Source: Lachnospiraceae bacterium (GTDB lineage: Bacteria; Bacillota; Clostridia; Lachnospirales; Lachnospiraceae). From it: a stretch of 64,000 nt of DNA. The position numbers and the translations under genes were made by a program. The stretch lies in contig JAKSRT010000002.1 of assembly GCA_024403485.1 (NCBI GenBank), forward strand, positions 22,331 to 86,330, written 5' to 3'. Positions 16,665-26,784 of the stretch are shown in pieces (position 1 is the first letter of the stretch; every line of letters begins with the position of its first letter). A model generated the notes under the pieces. That model was not told where the DNA came from. It was given only the letters and a program-made list of their open reading frames with translations, and ran no database searches.

Positions 16665-18926
16665 ATGACTGATACAACTAATACAAAAAGAAAAAATCTG
16701 AATATTGAACTTATTCGCATTGTTTCCATGCTGATGATTGTTTCGCTTCATACTTTGTATAAGGGAAATCTTCTCGGAAATCCTGCATCGCTAAGTGCCA
16801 ATAATCTTTTCGCCTGGTTTTTTGAGTGTGCAAGCATAACCGGGCTTAATATGTTTATGCTGGTCAGCGGATATCTGTTGTGTAAAGCTGATTTTAAAGC
16901 TGCGCGCCTTATAGAGATAGTGGGGCAGGTTCTGTTTTATTCGGTGGGCATTCTTTTACTGCTGCTTATAGCAGGCAGGAGATACAGTATATATGAATAT
17001 GTTAAGTGCATATTTCCGATAAGAGACAATGAGTACTGGTTTTGCTCTGTATACGTGGTTTTATATCTGCTGCTTCCGCTTATATCTGCCGGAATAAATC
17101 ACATGTCCAGGGAACAGCTTGGAAAGACTATAATTACACTTATTGTTTTTGAAAGTGTTTTTAAGTCGGTATTGCCCATAAGACTTCTTGAAGATAAGAG
17201 CGGATACAATCTTGTTTGGTTTTTGACTCTCTTTTTGATAGGCTCATACATAAGACTATATGGAATTGACCGGCTTAAGAAACCACTGAGGGCATATTTA
17301 ATACACATTGCTTTTGTTCTTATGATGTTTGCGGAACAATTTGTTCTCGCAAACATTTATGATAAGACAGGACATTTCGAGTCGATTGTGGGGGTGTCCA
17401 TTGAGTATAACCACATTTTTGCATTAGGCAGTTGTGTAGCGTTATTTGCAACATTTTTGTATATGCCCGAAATAAAGGGACACATAGCAAAACTTGTGGG
17501 ATATATTGCGCCTTTTAGTTTCGGAGTATATCTTTTCCACGAACAGACACTTATAAGATATGAGTGGCCTAAGTGGCTTGGTGTTGAGAAACTTTCCAAT
17601 AAGCCTTTTTGGATATTTGTACCGGGATATTTGGGAACGGTTATTTTTGTATATGCACTTGGAAGTCTTGTAGATTTTATAAGAAACCTTTTGTTCAAGA
17701 TGATAAAGAGGCTGTTTGCCGATACAAAGTTAGCTAAGCGGCTGAAGAGTTTTGATGAAAATATCAACTCAAGAAATGAAAATGCGGAACCCTCGGATAT
17801 CGCGATAAAAAGCGGGAAAACAGAGTCGTCGGTGGACGTCGGCTCAAAGTCAAAGAAGATGAGAAATTCCACTATGGAGCTTCTTAGAATAGTGGCGATG
17901 GTAATGATTATATCCGCCCATGCTTTGGATAAAGGAAGTCTTCTTAAATTATATTTTACTACCGGGGAGACTCCCTACATAGGAAGCTGGATTCTTTTGG
18001 CATTTTCCGTAGTTGGACTGAATATGTACATGATGCTTTCCGGGTATTTTATGGCAGGCTCGAAAGTTAATACCAAAAGGCTTGCTGATGTGGTGGCAAC
18101 AGTTCTTTTTTATTCCGTAGGAATATTGGCGGTTATGCTGGTAATGTCAAAGGTCTTTAATCTTATAGACTTAGGCGGCCTCACAACATATGACTATATA
18201 CAGTGTGTTTTGCCTCTTCATATGAATACATACTGGTTTTGTACTGCTTATGTTATTTTATATTTGTTGCTTCCGGTTGTATTGTGCGGAATAAGATATC
18301 TTAGCAAAAAGGCGCTGGGCATAGTAATAGTCCTTCTTTTGGTTTATGAATCAGCATTAAAAACACTTACGCCCTTCAGTTTCGAAACCGACAATAGGGG
18401 CTATAGCTATATCTGGTTTTTGGTTATGTCTCTTTTGGCGGCATATATCAGACTGTATGGTCTTGAATTTATCGATTCCGCAAAGAAGGCTTTTTGCATA
18501 TTCCTGGCAGGTGCCGCTTTGATTATCAGTGAGGAATTTGCTGTTCAGCTTGTGATAGCAAAAACAGGATTGCTTGAATCGGTAGAGAGAGTATCCTACG
18601 ATCATAATCATTTATTTATGATTATTGCTTGTGTTGGGTTGTTTATGACCTTTGTGAGGCTTAAGCCCATAACCGGAAAAGTGGGAAAGGTTATCAATAA
18701 ATTGGCGTCAGCCTCTTTTGGCGTATATCTGATACATGAGCATCTTCTTGTAAGATTCAGATGGCCTAAGTGGTTTGGCTTGGAAAATCTGGGCAAAACC
18801 AATCCGATACTTTTAATATTCGGTGTTATCGGCAGTTGTATTTCTGTTTATTTGATTTGTTTCTTTATAGATTCAATTAGACAAATGATATTTAAATGGG
18901 TTGGAAAATATGTCATTAAAGGATAA
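16665..18926 (+). CDS. Acyltransferase family 3 protein with two tandem AT3 domains
   Basis: 'NLNIELIRIVSMLMIVSLH' and 'RNSTMELLRIVAMVMIISAH' each begin a ~350-aa domain containing 'YWFC..Y' and 'SFGVYL.HE'. Confidence 0.85.
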   Translation: MTDTTNTKRKNLNIELIRIVSMLMIVSLHTLYKGNLLGNPASLSANNLFAWFFECASITGLNMFMLVSGYLLCKADFKAARLIEIVGQVLFYSVGILLLLLIAGRRYSIYEYVKCIFPIRDNEYWFCSVYVVLYLLLPLISAGINHMSREQLGKTIITLIVFESVFKSVLPIRLLEDKSGYNLVWFLTLFLIGSYIRLYGIDRLKKPLRAYLIHIAFVLMMFAEQFVLANIYDKTGHFESIVGVSIEYNHIFALGSCVALFATFLYMPEIKGHIAKLVGYIAPFSFGVYLFHEQTLIRYEWPKWLGVEKLSNKPFWIFVPGYLGTVIFVYALGSLVDFIRNLLFKMIKRLFADTKLAKRLKSFDENINSRNENAEPSDIAIKSGKTESSVDVGSKSKKMRNSTMELLRIVAMVMIISAHALDKGSLLKLYFTTGETPYIGSWILLAFSVVGLNMYMMLSGYFMAGSKVNTKRLADVVATVLFYSVGILAVMLVMSKVFNLIDLGGLTTYDYIQCVLPLHMNTYWFCTAYVILYLLLPVVLCGIRYLSKKALGIVIVLLLVYESALKTLTPFSFETDNRGYSYIWFLVMSLLAAYIRLYGLEFIDSAKKAFCIFLAGAALIISEEFAVQLVIAKTGLLESVERVSYDHNHLFMIIACVGLFMTFVRLKPITGKVGKVINKLASASFGVYLIHEHLLVRFRWPKWFGLENLGKTNPILLIFGVIGSCISVYLICFFIDSIRQMIFKWVGKYVIKG

Positions 18927-20655
18927 GACAAACAGAATATTTGGAAAATATGATATAGTTTTTCCTGTTATTATTTTTCTGTTTTGCTTTATAAATGTAA
19001 ATAAAGGTCTCGACATTACCGATGCAGGCTATAATTTGGGGAATTTTACTTACCTAAAGGGCTTAGACGGAATGTGGTATTATTCCACTCTTTTGGCAAA
19101 TTTTGCGGGATGGTTGATTGTTCGCTTGCCGTTTGGCAGATATATGCTTGCAGTAAGCATATATTTAAGAATTATCCGTGGCATTTTCGCGGTTTGTCTT
19201 TACCGCTTTTTTACTAAAAGAGTAAAAATGGGGAAAATGGTATCCTTTGTCGGTATCATTCTTTCGTTGGCGCTATGTTGGGCTCCGGCATATGGTGTAT
19301 ATCATTATATGACCTATTTTCTTTTTGCAATTGCGGCCATGCTTTTATATATGGGATTATCTGCCGAATCTGAATCGGGCAAAAGGAAATATCTTATATT
19401 GGCAGGAGTGGTTCTTGCTTTAAATGTATTTGTAAGATTTCCGAATGTCTGTGAAATGGCACTTATTATTGCGGTATGGTGGTACTGCATTATTTCAAAA
19501 GAAAAATTCGGTGAAATAATTAATAAGACGTTACTTTGTGCTTTTGGGTACGTAGGTACATTGGCAGCAGTATTTACTGTTATTGCTGTTACGGGTCATA
19601 TGGGTGACTATATTCAGGCTATAAAAGATTTGTTTTCAATGACCGACGAAAGCGAAAGATATGGTATACGGTTTACAATCAGAAATTTGATTGATTCATA
19701 TACCTGTGTTTGGTATTGGCTGATTCCGATTGCAATCGGATTTGCCGGACTGATTGTAATGGGAGTACTTTTTTGTAAACTTAAAAATAAATCCGTAAAG
19801 CATAATTGGATGCTTGCTGCAGGTAATGCAGTAGCAGTAGCAGGGATTTCGGTTATATATTGCTGGTTTTATAAAACCGAATTGTTTGATTACAATTTCA
19901 GATCATACAGTTCAATGTATCTCTTCAGTGTTGTAATTTTAATTGTTTGCCTTGCTCTAATGGTATACGGTTTGTTTTCGAAAACGTTTGACGACCTTGA
20001 AAAAATGCTTTTTGCTGCTGCTGTTGTTATCACAATGATTACTCCACTTGGAAGCAATAACAGCATTTATGCGGTAATAAACAGCCTGTTTTTGTTATTT
20101 CCGCTGGCTTTGCATGTTTCAGTTAAATTTTGGAAAAAAGAAAAGACACTGTATCTTGGCACCGGAATTGTTGCGTTAATGGGATTTTATATTGTGCAGA
20201 TGATTCTGTTCGGATGCTTTTTTACATTCAGGGAAAAACAGCCTGCTCAAGATACAAAGGTGCTTGGAAACAAAACAATTACAGGAATGGAAACTACCGA
20301 AGACAATGCGCGGTTGCTTTTTGATGTAAAGGATATTTTGGATAAGAATGGATTGAACGAAGCAAAGATTTTAACCTTTGGCGACGTTCCCGGTTTTGCT
20401 TATTATATGGGCCTTAAGCCTGCGCTTTCATCAACCTGGTCCAGCCTTCCGTCTTATTCGGCCGAGAAATTTGCCGGGCAGTTAAAGGGACTTGAAGGAA
20501 TGATTGCAGAAAAAGGAGAAAAGGTTGTGGTAATTACCGACTCTTACCTTGACGAAGCCGGGAAGAAACAAGATATTCTTAAGGAATTCTTGAAAAAATA
20601 TAACTACAAAGAAGTTTATAGTGAACAAGGCTACATAGTTTGGCTTACAGAATAA
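18910..20655 (+). CDS. Polytopic membrane protein, probable GT-C glycosyltransferase
   Basis: 'KGLDITDAGY' acidic first loop, 'FVRFPN', ~12 TMs and a C-terminal soluble domain. Confidence 0.55.
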   Translation: MSLKDKTNRIFGKYDIVFPVIIFLFCFINVNKGLDITDAGYNLGNFTYLKGLDGMWYYSTLLANFAGWLIVRLPFGRYMLAVSIYLRIIRGIFAVCLYRFFTKRVKMGKMVSFVGIILSLALCWAPAYGVYHYMTYFLFAIAAMLLYMGLSAESESGKRKYLILAGVVLALNVFVRFPNVCEMALIIAVWWYCIISKEKFGEIINKTLLCAFGYVGTLAAVFTVIAVTGHMGDYIQAIKDLFSMTDESERYGIRFTIRNLIDSYTCVWYWLIPIAIGFAGLIVMGVLFCKLKNKSVKHNWMLAAGNAVAVAGISVIYCWFYKTELFDYNFRSYSSMYLFSVVILIVCLALMVYGLFSKTFDDLEKMLFAAAVVITMITPLGSNNSIYAVINSLFLLFPLALHVSVKFWKKEKTLYLGTGIVALMGFYIVQMILFGCFFTFREKQPAQDTKVLGNKTITGMETTEDNARLLFDVKDILDKNGLNEAKILTFGDVPGFAYYMGLKPALSSTWSSLPSYSAEKFAGQLKGLEGMIAEKGEKVVVITDSYLDEAGKKQDILKEFLKKYNYKEVYSEQGYIVWLTE

Positions 20656-20675
20656 AAGATGAAGAGGACACGAAA

Positions 20676-21803
20676 ATGATCAGATTTAATGTTCCGCCCT
20701 ACACAGGAAAAGAAATGGAATACATCAAGCAGGCAGTAGACAATATGAAAATCTGCGGCGATGGTGAATTTACAAAAAAAGATAATGAGTGGATTGAAGC
20801 TAAGACAGGTACCGCAAAAGCCCTGTTAACAACTTCATGTACACATGCTCTTGAACTGGCTGCATTGTTGGCAGATATTAAGCCCGGTGATGAAGTAATT
20901 ATGCCGGCGTATACTTTTGTATCTACCGCCGATGCCTTTGTTCTGCGTGGCGCCAAAGTTGTATTTGTCGATATCAGACCTGATACCATGAATATTGATG
21001 AAAAGCTTATAGAAGAAGCCATTACGGATAAAACCAAGTGTGTTGTTCCTGTCCATTATGCCGGAGTAGGCTGTGAAATGGATACTATAATGGAAATTGC
21101 AAAGAGAAGAAATTTGATGGTAATTGAAGATGCTGCGCAAGGTATTATGGCAACTTATAAGGGTAAGGCTCTTGGTACCTTCGGCGATTTTGGTGCATTT
21201 TCCTTCCATGAAACAAAAAACTATTCAATGGGTGAAGGCGGAGCTCTTCTCATCAGAGATGAAGCACATATTCTTGATGCTGAAATCATTAGAGAAAAGG
21301 GAACAAACAGAAGTCAGTTCTTCAGAGGTCAGATTGATAAATATACCTGGATGAATTATGGATCTTCATATCTTCCCAGTGATATGAACGCGGCTTACCT
21401 GTATGCACAGCTTGAAATGGCTGATGCAATTAACGAAGACAGATTAAGAGTTTGGAACAGGTACAACGAAGGCATGAAGGACTTAGCCCTTGAAGGAAAA
21501 ATAGAAGTTCCCTTTATACCTGAAGAATGTACCCATAATGCCCATATGTTTTATATTAAATCCCGTGATATTGAGGAACGTTCAAAACTTATTGATTTCC
21601 TTAAGAAGAATGACATTCTATCGGTATTTCATTATGTGCCTCTTCACTCAGCTCCTGCAGGCCGCAAGTTTGGTCGCTTTAACGGTGAAGATAAGTTTAC
21701 GACCAAGGAAAGTGAAAGACTTACCAGACTTCCGCTTTATTATGGATTGAAAGACACTCAGGTAGATTACATTATCGAAAAAGTGCATGAATTTTATAAA
21801 TAA
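20676..21803 (+). CDS. rffA: dTDP-4-amino-4,6-dideoxygalactose transaminase (WecE/RffA)
   Basis: 'MIRFNVPP', 'CGDGEFT', 'LLTTSCTHALE', 'SFHETKNYSMGEGG', 'REKGTNRSQFFRGQIDKYTW', 'HNAHMFY', a close match to the WecE pattern. Confidence 0.9.
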   Translation: MIRFNVPPYTGKEMEYIKQAVDNMKICGDGEFTKKDNEWIEAKTGTAKALLTTSCTHALELAALLADIKPGDEVIMPAYTFVSTADAFVLRGAKVVFVDIRPDTMNIDEKLIEEAITDKTKCVVPVHYAGVGCEMDTIMEIAKRRNLMVIEDAAQGIMATYKGKALGTFGDFGAFSFHETKNYSMGEGGALLIRDEAHILDAEIIREKGTNRSQFFRGQIDKYTWMNYGSSYLPSDMNAAYLYAQLEMADAINEDRLRVWNRYNEGMKDLALEGKIEVPFIPEECTHNAHMFYIKSRDIEERSKLIDFLKKNDILSVFHYVPLHSAPAGRKFGRFNGEDKFTTKESERLTRLPLYYGLKDTQVDYIIEKVHEFYK

Positions 21804-21820
21804 GTTTTAAACGGCGAAAT

Positions 21821-22723
21821 ATGGAATTATCAAAAACAGCAGATGCTATTTTTAAAAATTTAATAATGGTTATAACTGCAGTTCAGGTTGTCTTGGCGCT
21901 GATTTGGATAGTGGTAAATGCTGTGGCCGGAAAAACCACTGTATTTGGTATTGTATATTTTGTTTCGTTTTTAATTATTTCTGCAGTTTTCTTAATATCG
22001 GGAAAAAGAACTGTGGGAATAATAATTGCCTATCTTATTTCAATGCCTTTGATTTTGCATGGGCTTACATCCGATAATCATGTTTTCGGTATGCCCGAAG
22101 CACCGGCGGGTTCGGCTAAACAGCTTGTTGTTCAAAGACTCGCGTGGCCGGAACTCAGAGGGATGAACGAACTTTACTCCGTTTCGGGTTGGGCTGACGG
22201 CTTGTTATTCGAAGCGACCTGTGATTCCAGGGCGCTATGGACAAAATTATTCCCTGAGATAGAGAGTCATATGGGACGGGAGGAGCTTAATCGAATAAGC
22301 AATAATGCTATAAGTGACGCTGTTGCCTTTAATAAGAGGGGGATAGTGAAAGGACTTATTACAGAGGGAGTCGGTTATGCGTTCACACCAATATCCGTAT
22401 TGTGTAATTTATGCGGTACCGATGGCAGCAGAAGCGGCATATATTATTCCGATTTCACTTCCTTACTGCCGCAACTTTTTGGATTTTATTTTAAATTTGG
22501 CTGTATTGCCTGGATTATAATAATGCTCTCCGGCATTTTTTCTTTTGCTGTTTCAAGAAAAAAGGAGAAGCTTGGTAAATATATTCTTATTATGGCATTA
22601 CTTATCGCATATAATCTGTTTTTTCCCGTAAGGGGGGTTGATTATAAAAATTCGACTTATATTATAGCTCTTTGGCTGTTTATATTTTCCGGTTCCGTAA
22701 GGAGAAATAATGATTATTGTTAA
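21821..22723 (+). CDS. Hypothetical membrane protein
   Basis: 300-aa ORF with several TMs, in operon context and overlapping the next gene. Confidence 0.6.
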   Translation: MELSKTADAIFKNLIMVITAVQVVLALIWIVVNAVAGKTTVFGIVYFVSFLIISAVFLISGKRTVGIIIAYLISMPLILHGLTSDNHVFGMPEAPAGSAKQLVVQRLAWPELRGMNELYSVSGWADGLLFEATCDSRALWTKLFPEIESHMGREELNRISNNAISDAVAFNKRGIVKGLITEGVGYAFTPISVLCNLCGTDGSRSGIYYSDFTSLLPQLFGFYFKFGCIAWIIIMLSGIFSFAVSRKKEKLGKYILIMALLIAYNLFFPVRGVDYKNSTYIIALWLFIFSGSVRRNNDYC

Positions 22724-23768
22724 ACCGATTATCTTGTGTTTAATTGTATATCTATCAGCTTATATCTTGGGAAAGGGATTTTTTCCCGGTATAAGAAACA
22801 AGGGCATAGGTATGTCTGTTGCTTCAGGTATATGTATTCTTTGGGCCCTGTTTTTGGTTGTATGTCTTCCTTGCATTTTTCTGCAAAAAGAAAATCACGG
22901 AATGGACTATGTAATGATTGGATACAGTGTATTGACTGCTGTTTTTCTTTTAATTTCCGCTGTTTTGATTGTTATTAGTCTGTTTAAGAAGAAGTCTTTG
23001 CTTAGTTATGATAAGAAGATGCTTGATAGGAAAGAGATTATATATTTGGCTCTTTTTCTGGGAATAATTCTTTTTCAGCTTTATAAATCCGTTTTTTATG
23101 CTTACTCGGACGGAGACGATGCTTATTATATTGCTGTTTCTCAAAGCATAGCAGGCGGAGGCAATTCATTGTATTGGCAGAATCCTTACACCGGACAGGG
23201 TATAGATATTGCATACAGATATGCACTGGCTCCATTTCCGGTATGGATTGCTTATTTGGCAAGATTATTCGATGTAAATGCCGCAATAGTTGCGCATATA
23301 TGTATGCCGTTAATACTTATTCCGGTTACATATGTTATTTATAATGCTATTTCGTTAAAGCTTTTTGGAGACAACAGTACAAAAAGATATATGTTCTTGT
23401 GTTTGCTTGCAATATTTGTATTATTCGCACACTATTCGATGTATTCGCCTGAATTCTTTATGCTGGCACGCACAAGGCAGGGGAAGGAAGCTTTGGGAAA
23501 CATTATTATTCCGTTCCTGCTGTTTGAACTGGTTGATATTGCGCAACGCGAAAAATGGCACATTGAGGTTGAAAATGTTCTCATGATGTTCTTTGTGTGT
23601 GTGGCAACGGCACTTACTTCGGTATTTGGTAATTTGCTTATTCTTATAGTTCTGTTTGGAAATTTTGTTTATTCGTTTATACGGAAGGGCTCTTGGAAAG
23701 ACAGAATACTTATTTCATTGCCGGGTATTTTTAATTTACTAATAGTTGTGTTTTACATTTTAAAATAA
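22710..23768 (+). CDS. DUF6077-like polytopic membrane protein (GT-C-like N-terminal half)
   Basis: 'DGDDAYY' loop, 'RYALAPFP', 'ARTRQGK'. Confidence 0.6.
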   Translation: MIIVKPIILCLIVYLSAYILGKGFFPGIRNKGIGMSVASGICILWALFLVVCLPCIFLQKENHGMDYVMIGYSVLTAVFLLISAVLIVISLFKKKSLLSYDKKMLDRKEIIYLALFLGIILFQLYKSVFYAYSDGDDAYYIAVSQSIAGGGNSLYWQNPYTGQGIDIAYRYALAPFPVWIAYLARLFDVNAAIVAHICMPLILIPVTYVIYNAISLKLFGDNSTKRYMFLCLLAIFVLFAHYSMYSPEFFMLARTRQGKEALGNIIIPFLLFELVDIAQREKWHIEVENVLMMFFVCVATALTSVFGNLLILIVLFGNFVYSFIRKGSWKDRILISLPGIFNLLIVVFYILK

Positions 23769-23792
23769 AAACAGTTTGCCGGAGGGCATAGA

Positions 23793-24614
23793 TTGATAAC
23801 GGATATTGTTACAAAGGGCTTTAATGCGGTAATTGAATCATATACCGAATTTCAGGGAACAGGACTTATTGTTACCCTGTTTTTGGCGAGCCTTCTGTTT
23901 ATCTGTTATGGGACCAGAGAGCAGTTCATTAAAGATATTTTTGTGAAATATTCTTTGTTTGTTCTCATTATTTTTTTCCTTCCGATTTGGTATGTATATA
24001 TTTATTTTAAGAGCGATTATGAGATACTGTACAGAATACTGTGGCTTTTGCCTATAGGAATAGTAATATGCTATACTTTGGTTGAATTGATTTATAAAAT
24101 TCCTGAAAAATTCAGAACCGCTGCCTTTGCGGCTGCTGTTGTTTTGCTGGTCATTTGCGGAGACTATGTGTACTCCGTTGAATATTTTTCAAGGGCTGAA
24201 AACGAATATCATGTACCCGATGTGGTTGTAGATATTTGCAAGGAAGTTGAAGTTGAAGGTAAAGAAATCAGAGTTGCCGTTCCAATCGAATTGCTAAGCT
24301 ATGTAAGACAGTATTCGGCAACGGTTTTTATGCCATACGGAAGAGATACCATAATGGGATTAAACCCGGGAATCAGTTACCTCCAGGTACTGCTCAGTGA
24401 AGAGGTGATTGATACCCCGGAAATGGTACATGAGCTCAGAGATTCATGGACGCCTTATCTTGTTGTCAGATCTGATGCCAAATTTACGGAAAGCCTTGCT
24501 GAATATGATTTGGTATATGTAACAAGCTTCGATAACTATGACATGTATTTGGATAATGAAACAAACATAGGTCTTGAATATTTAAGACCCAACAAAGAAA
24601 CAAAAGAAAACTAA
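23793..24614 (+). CDS. Membrane protein resembling the C-terminal half of DUF6077-type proteins
   Basis: 'YRILWLLP', 'ENEYHVP', 'VRQY...MPYGR'; TTG start after GGAGG. Confidence 0.55.
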   Translation: MITDIVTKGFNAVIESYTEFQGTGLIVTLFLASLLFICYGTREQFIKDIFVKYSLFVLIIFFLPIWYVYIYFKSDYEILYRILWLLPIGIVICYTLVELIYKIPEKFRTAAFAAAVVLLVICGDYVYSVEYFSRAENEYHVPDVVVDICKEVEVEGKEIRVAVPIELLSYVRQYSATVFMPYGRDTIMGLNPGISYLQVLLSEEVIDTPEMVHELRDSWTPYLVVRSDAKFTESLAEYDLVYVTSFDNYDMYLDNETNIGLEYLRPNKETKEN

Positions 24615-24635
24615 TTTGATGTCAGGAGACCTTAG

Positions 24636-25568
24636 ATGGACAAAATAGCCGTATTAATTCCCTGCTATAACGAAGAACTGACCATAAAGAAGGTGGTGAG
24701 CGATGCCAAAAAGCACCTTCCGGAGGCAACTATATATGTTTATGACAACAATTCTAAGGACAAAACCGAGGAGTACGCCAAGGAAGCAGGTGCTATAGTG
24801 CGACATGAGTATCTTCAGGGAAAAGGAAACGTGATAAGAAGAATGTTTCGAGAGATAGATGCTCAGTGTTATATTATGATCGACGGAGATGATACATACC
24901 CCCTTGAGTTTGCGCCGGAGATGGTTCGTCTTGTTATAGATGAACAGGCCGATATGGTTGTGGGAGACCGTTTGTCATCTACCTATTTTACGGAAAATAA
25001 GAGACCTTTTCATAATTTTGGAAACAGTTTTGTGCGTTTTTCGATAAATCATCTTTTTAAATCAGACATAAAGGATATAATGACAGGATTTAGAGCTTTC
25101 AGCTTTTCTTTTGCAAAAACATTTCCGGTTCTTTCAAAGGGATTTGAAATTGAAACCGAAATGACTATTCATGCGGTCTACAATAATATGGATGTAAGAA
25201 ATGTTATTGTGGATTATAGAGACCGTCCGGAAGGAAGCGTATCAAAACTATCAACTTACAGCGATGGCTTTAAGGTTATTAAAACCATAATAAGACTCTT
25301 TAAGAATTATAAGCCCTTTGCTTTTTTCGGAATGATTTCAGCAATTTTGACAATATTATCCGCAGCGTTTTTTATACCTGTTTTGATAGACTACTTTGAA
25401 ACCGGCCTTGTGGAACGTTTCCCTACATTGATTACATGCGGATTTGTATTTATGATGGCGATTCAGAGCTTTTTTGCAGGAAATATTCTGTCAACAATGG
25501 CTAATAAAAACAGAAGAGATTTCGAGCAGACCTTAATTAATATAGATTTGATGAAGAAAAACCTATAA
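24636..25568 (+). CDS. GT2 polyprenyl-phosphate glycosyltransferase (DPM1/GtrB-like)
   Basis: 'IAVLIPCYNEE', 'YDNNSKD', 'QGKGNV', 'IDGDDTY', 'GFEIETEM', and two C-terminal TMs. Confidence 0.88.
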   Translation: MDKIAVLIPCYNEELTIKKVVSDAKKHLPEATIYVYDNNSKDKTEEYAKEAGAIVRHEYLQGKGNVIRRMFREIDAQCYIMIDGDDTYPLEFAPEMVRLVIDEQADMVVGDRLSSTYFTENKRPFHNFGNSFVRFSINHLFKSDIKDIMTGFRAFSFSFAKTFPVLSKGFEIETEMTIHAVYNNMDVRNVIVDYRDRPEGSVSKLSTYSDGFKVIKTIIRLFKNYKPFAFFGMISAILTILSAAFFIPVLIDYFETGLVERFPTLITCGFVFMMAIQSFFAGNILSTMANKNRRDFEQTLINIDLMKKNL

Positions 25569-25603
25569 AAAAAGTTGGCAGTGTAACAGCTGCCAACTTT
25601 TTT
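25568..25603. terminator. Bidirectional intrinsic terminator
   Basis: AAAAAAGTTGGCAG-N8-CTGCCAACTTTTTT between convergent genes. Confidence 0.9.
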
Positions 25604-25617
25604 CATATAATATTATT

Positions 25618-26574
25618 TTAATAATCGCGTTCGAGAAACTCTTTGATGTGATTGCCAATAAGTTCTATTCCCGTTAAATTAAGAGCATCTACATTACAAT
25701 AATAGTTCATGGTTTCCTCGGTTATAAGGCCAAAGAAGTTATCATCATAGGACACACAGGTTTCCATGGCTATATTATACTGGCGCATTACATATTCGGA
25801 AAGATTACAAACACCGTTGTCTATTACGGTTACCGGCATTACATTATCCCCTACTATTGTTGCGTGTAAATAAGGGGAACCGATAACGATTTTGATATGG
25901 GGATACATCTGCTGGACCGTGGTGATAGCTGCTCTGTATGCACCTTCGTAGTATGAAGTATCAAATTTGTCGTCGGGATTATAGAGGGCGCTGCCTTTCA
26001 TATAATCAACGGAATCGTACATGATAAAAAGTGTATCGATTTTATCCATATCAATAGAAATCAAAGTATTATAGTAATCTTTTGATATTATAGCGTCTTC
26101 GGCTAAAGCGCGCTCTTGAAGGGAATAATCCTTGTAACACAAAGCCTTTATAATATCGTAGAGGTTTCCTGATTGCCAAACCGATACATCGTTAGTGTTG
26201 TAACAGTTTGCTGCATCCGCTACTTTGGTTCCGTATGCACTCAGTACAATCATCTCGGAATCGGGTACGGTGGATATGATATCTGCAAGAGATGTGCCCT
26301 CGGGTTTTGCAGTGAGTACTTCGTTGCCAATACAGAGAATTGTATTGATATTATCGAATCCGTGATTTTCCAGAATTTCCTTATCAACGGTAAAAACCAC
26401 ATCAAGACTTTCGTAATCGTACGCCCCGTCTTCGACGTCCTCCATTACCACATCTTTTCCGGAGTTATTCCATAAATATAATTTAATACCGCAGAATATG
26501 ACTATGCCGGCAATAACAAGAGCAAGAATCATATTCAAACTTATTTTCTTTTTTTCTTTTTCCATTGATTCCAT
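25618..26574 (-). CDS. Membrane-anchored SGNH-fold-like protein with degenerate catalytic motifs
   Basis: N-terminal TM; 'ILCIGNE', 'LFIMYDSVDY', 'QQMYPHIKIVIGSP' and 'DALNLTG' align by eye with SGNH blocks but lack GDS and DxxH. Confidence 0.55.
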   Translation of the reverse strand: MESMEKEKKKISLNMILALVIAGIVIFCGIKLYLWNNSGKDVVMEDVEDGAYDYESLDVVFTVDKEILENHGFDNINTILCIGNEVLTAKPEGTSLADIISTVPDSEMIVLSAYGTKVADAANCYNTNDVSVWQSGNLYDIIKALCYKDYSLQERALAEDAIISKDYYNTLISIDMDKIDTLFIMYDSVDYMKGSALYNPDDKFDTSYYEGAYRAAITTVQQMYPHIKIVIGSPYLHATIVGDNVMPVTVIDNGVCNLSEYVMRQYNIAMETCVSYDDNFFGLITEETMNYYCNVDALNLTGIELIGNHIKEFLERDY

Positions 26575-26695
26575 CCTTAATTATAGTCAATCTGAAAATA
26601 TTATAACTATTGAAACTGTATAAATCCATAAACAAATTATGAAGAATATTTTATATTCGCGCCATAGAGAATAATAGAGTTTACCCCCCTAAAAC

Positions 26696-26724
26696 TTGTA
26701 TATTTTCATAATTTTTGGTACAAT
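26696..26724 (+). promoter_or_regulatory. Sigma-A promoter for the GH25 gene
   Basis: TTGTAT-N17-TACAAT with extended TG. Confidence 0.65.
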
Positions 26725-26784
26725 ATCATAGGTTTATTATGATTTAATAGGCGATTTATATAGATGATTAAGTGAGGGTAAATA

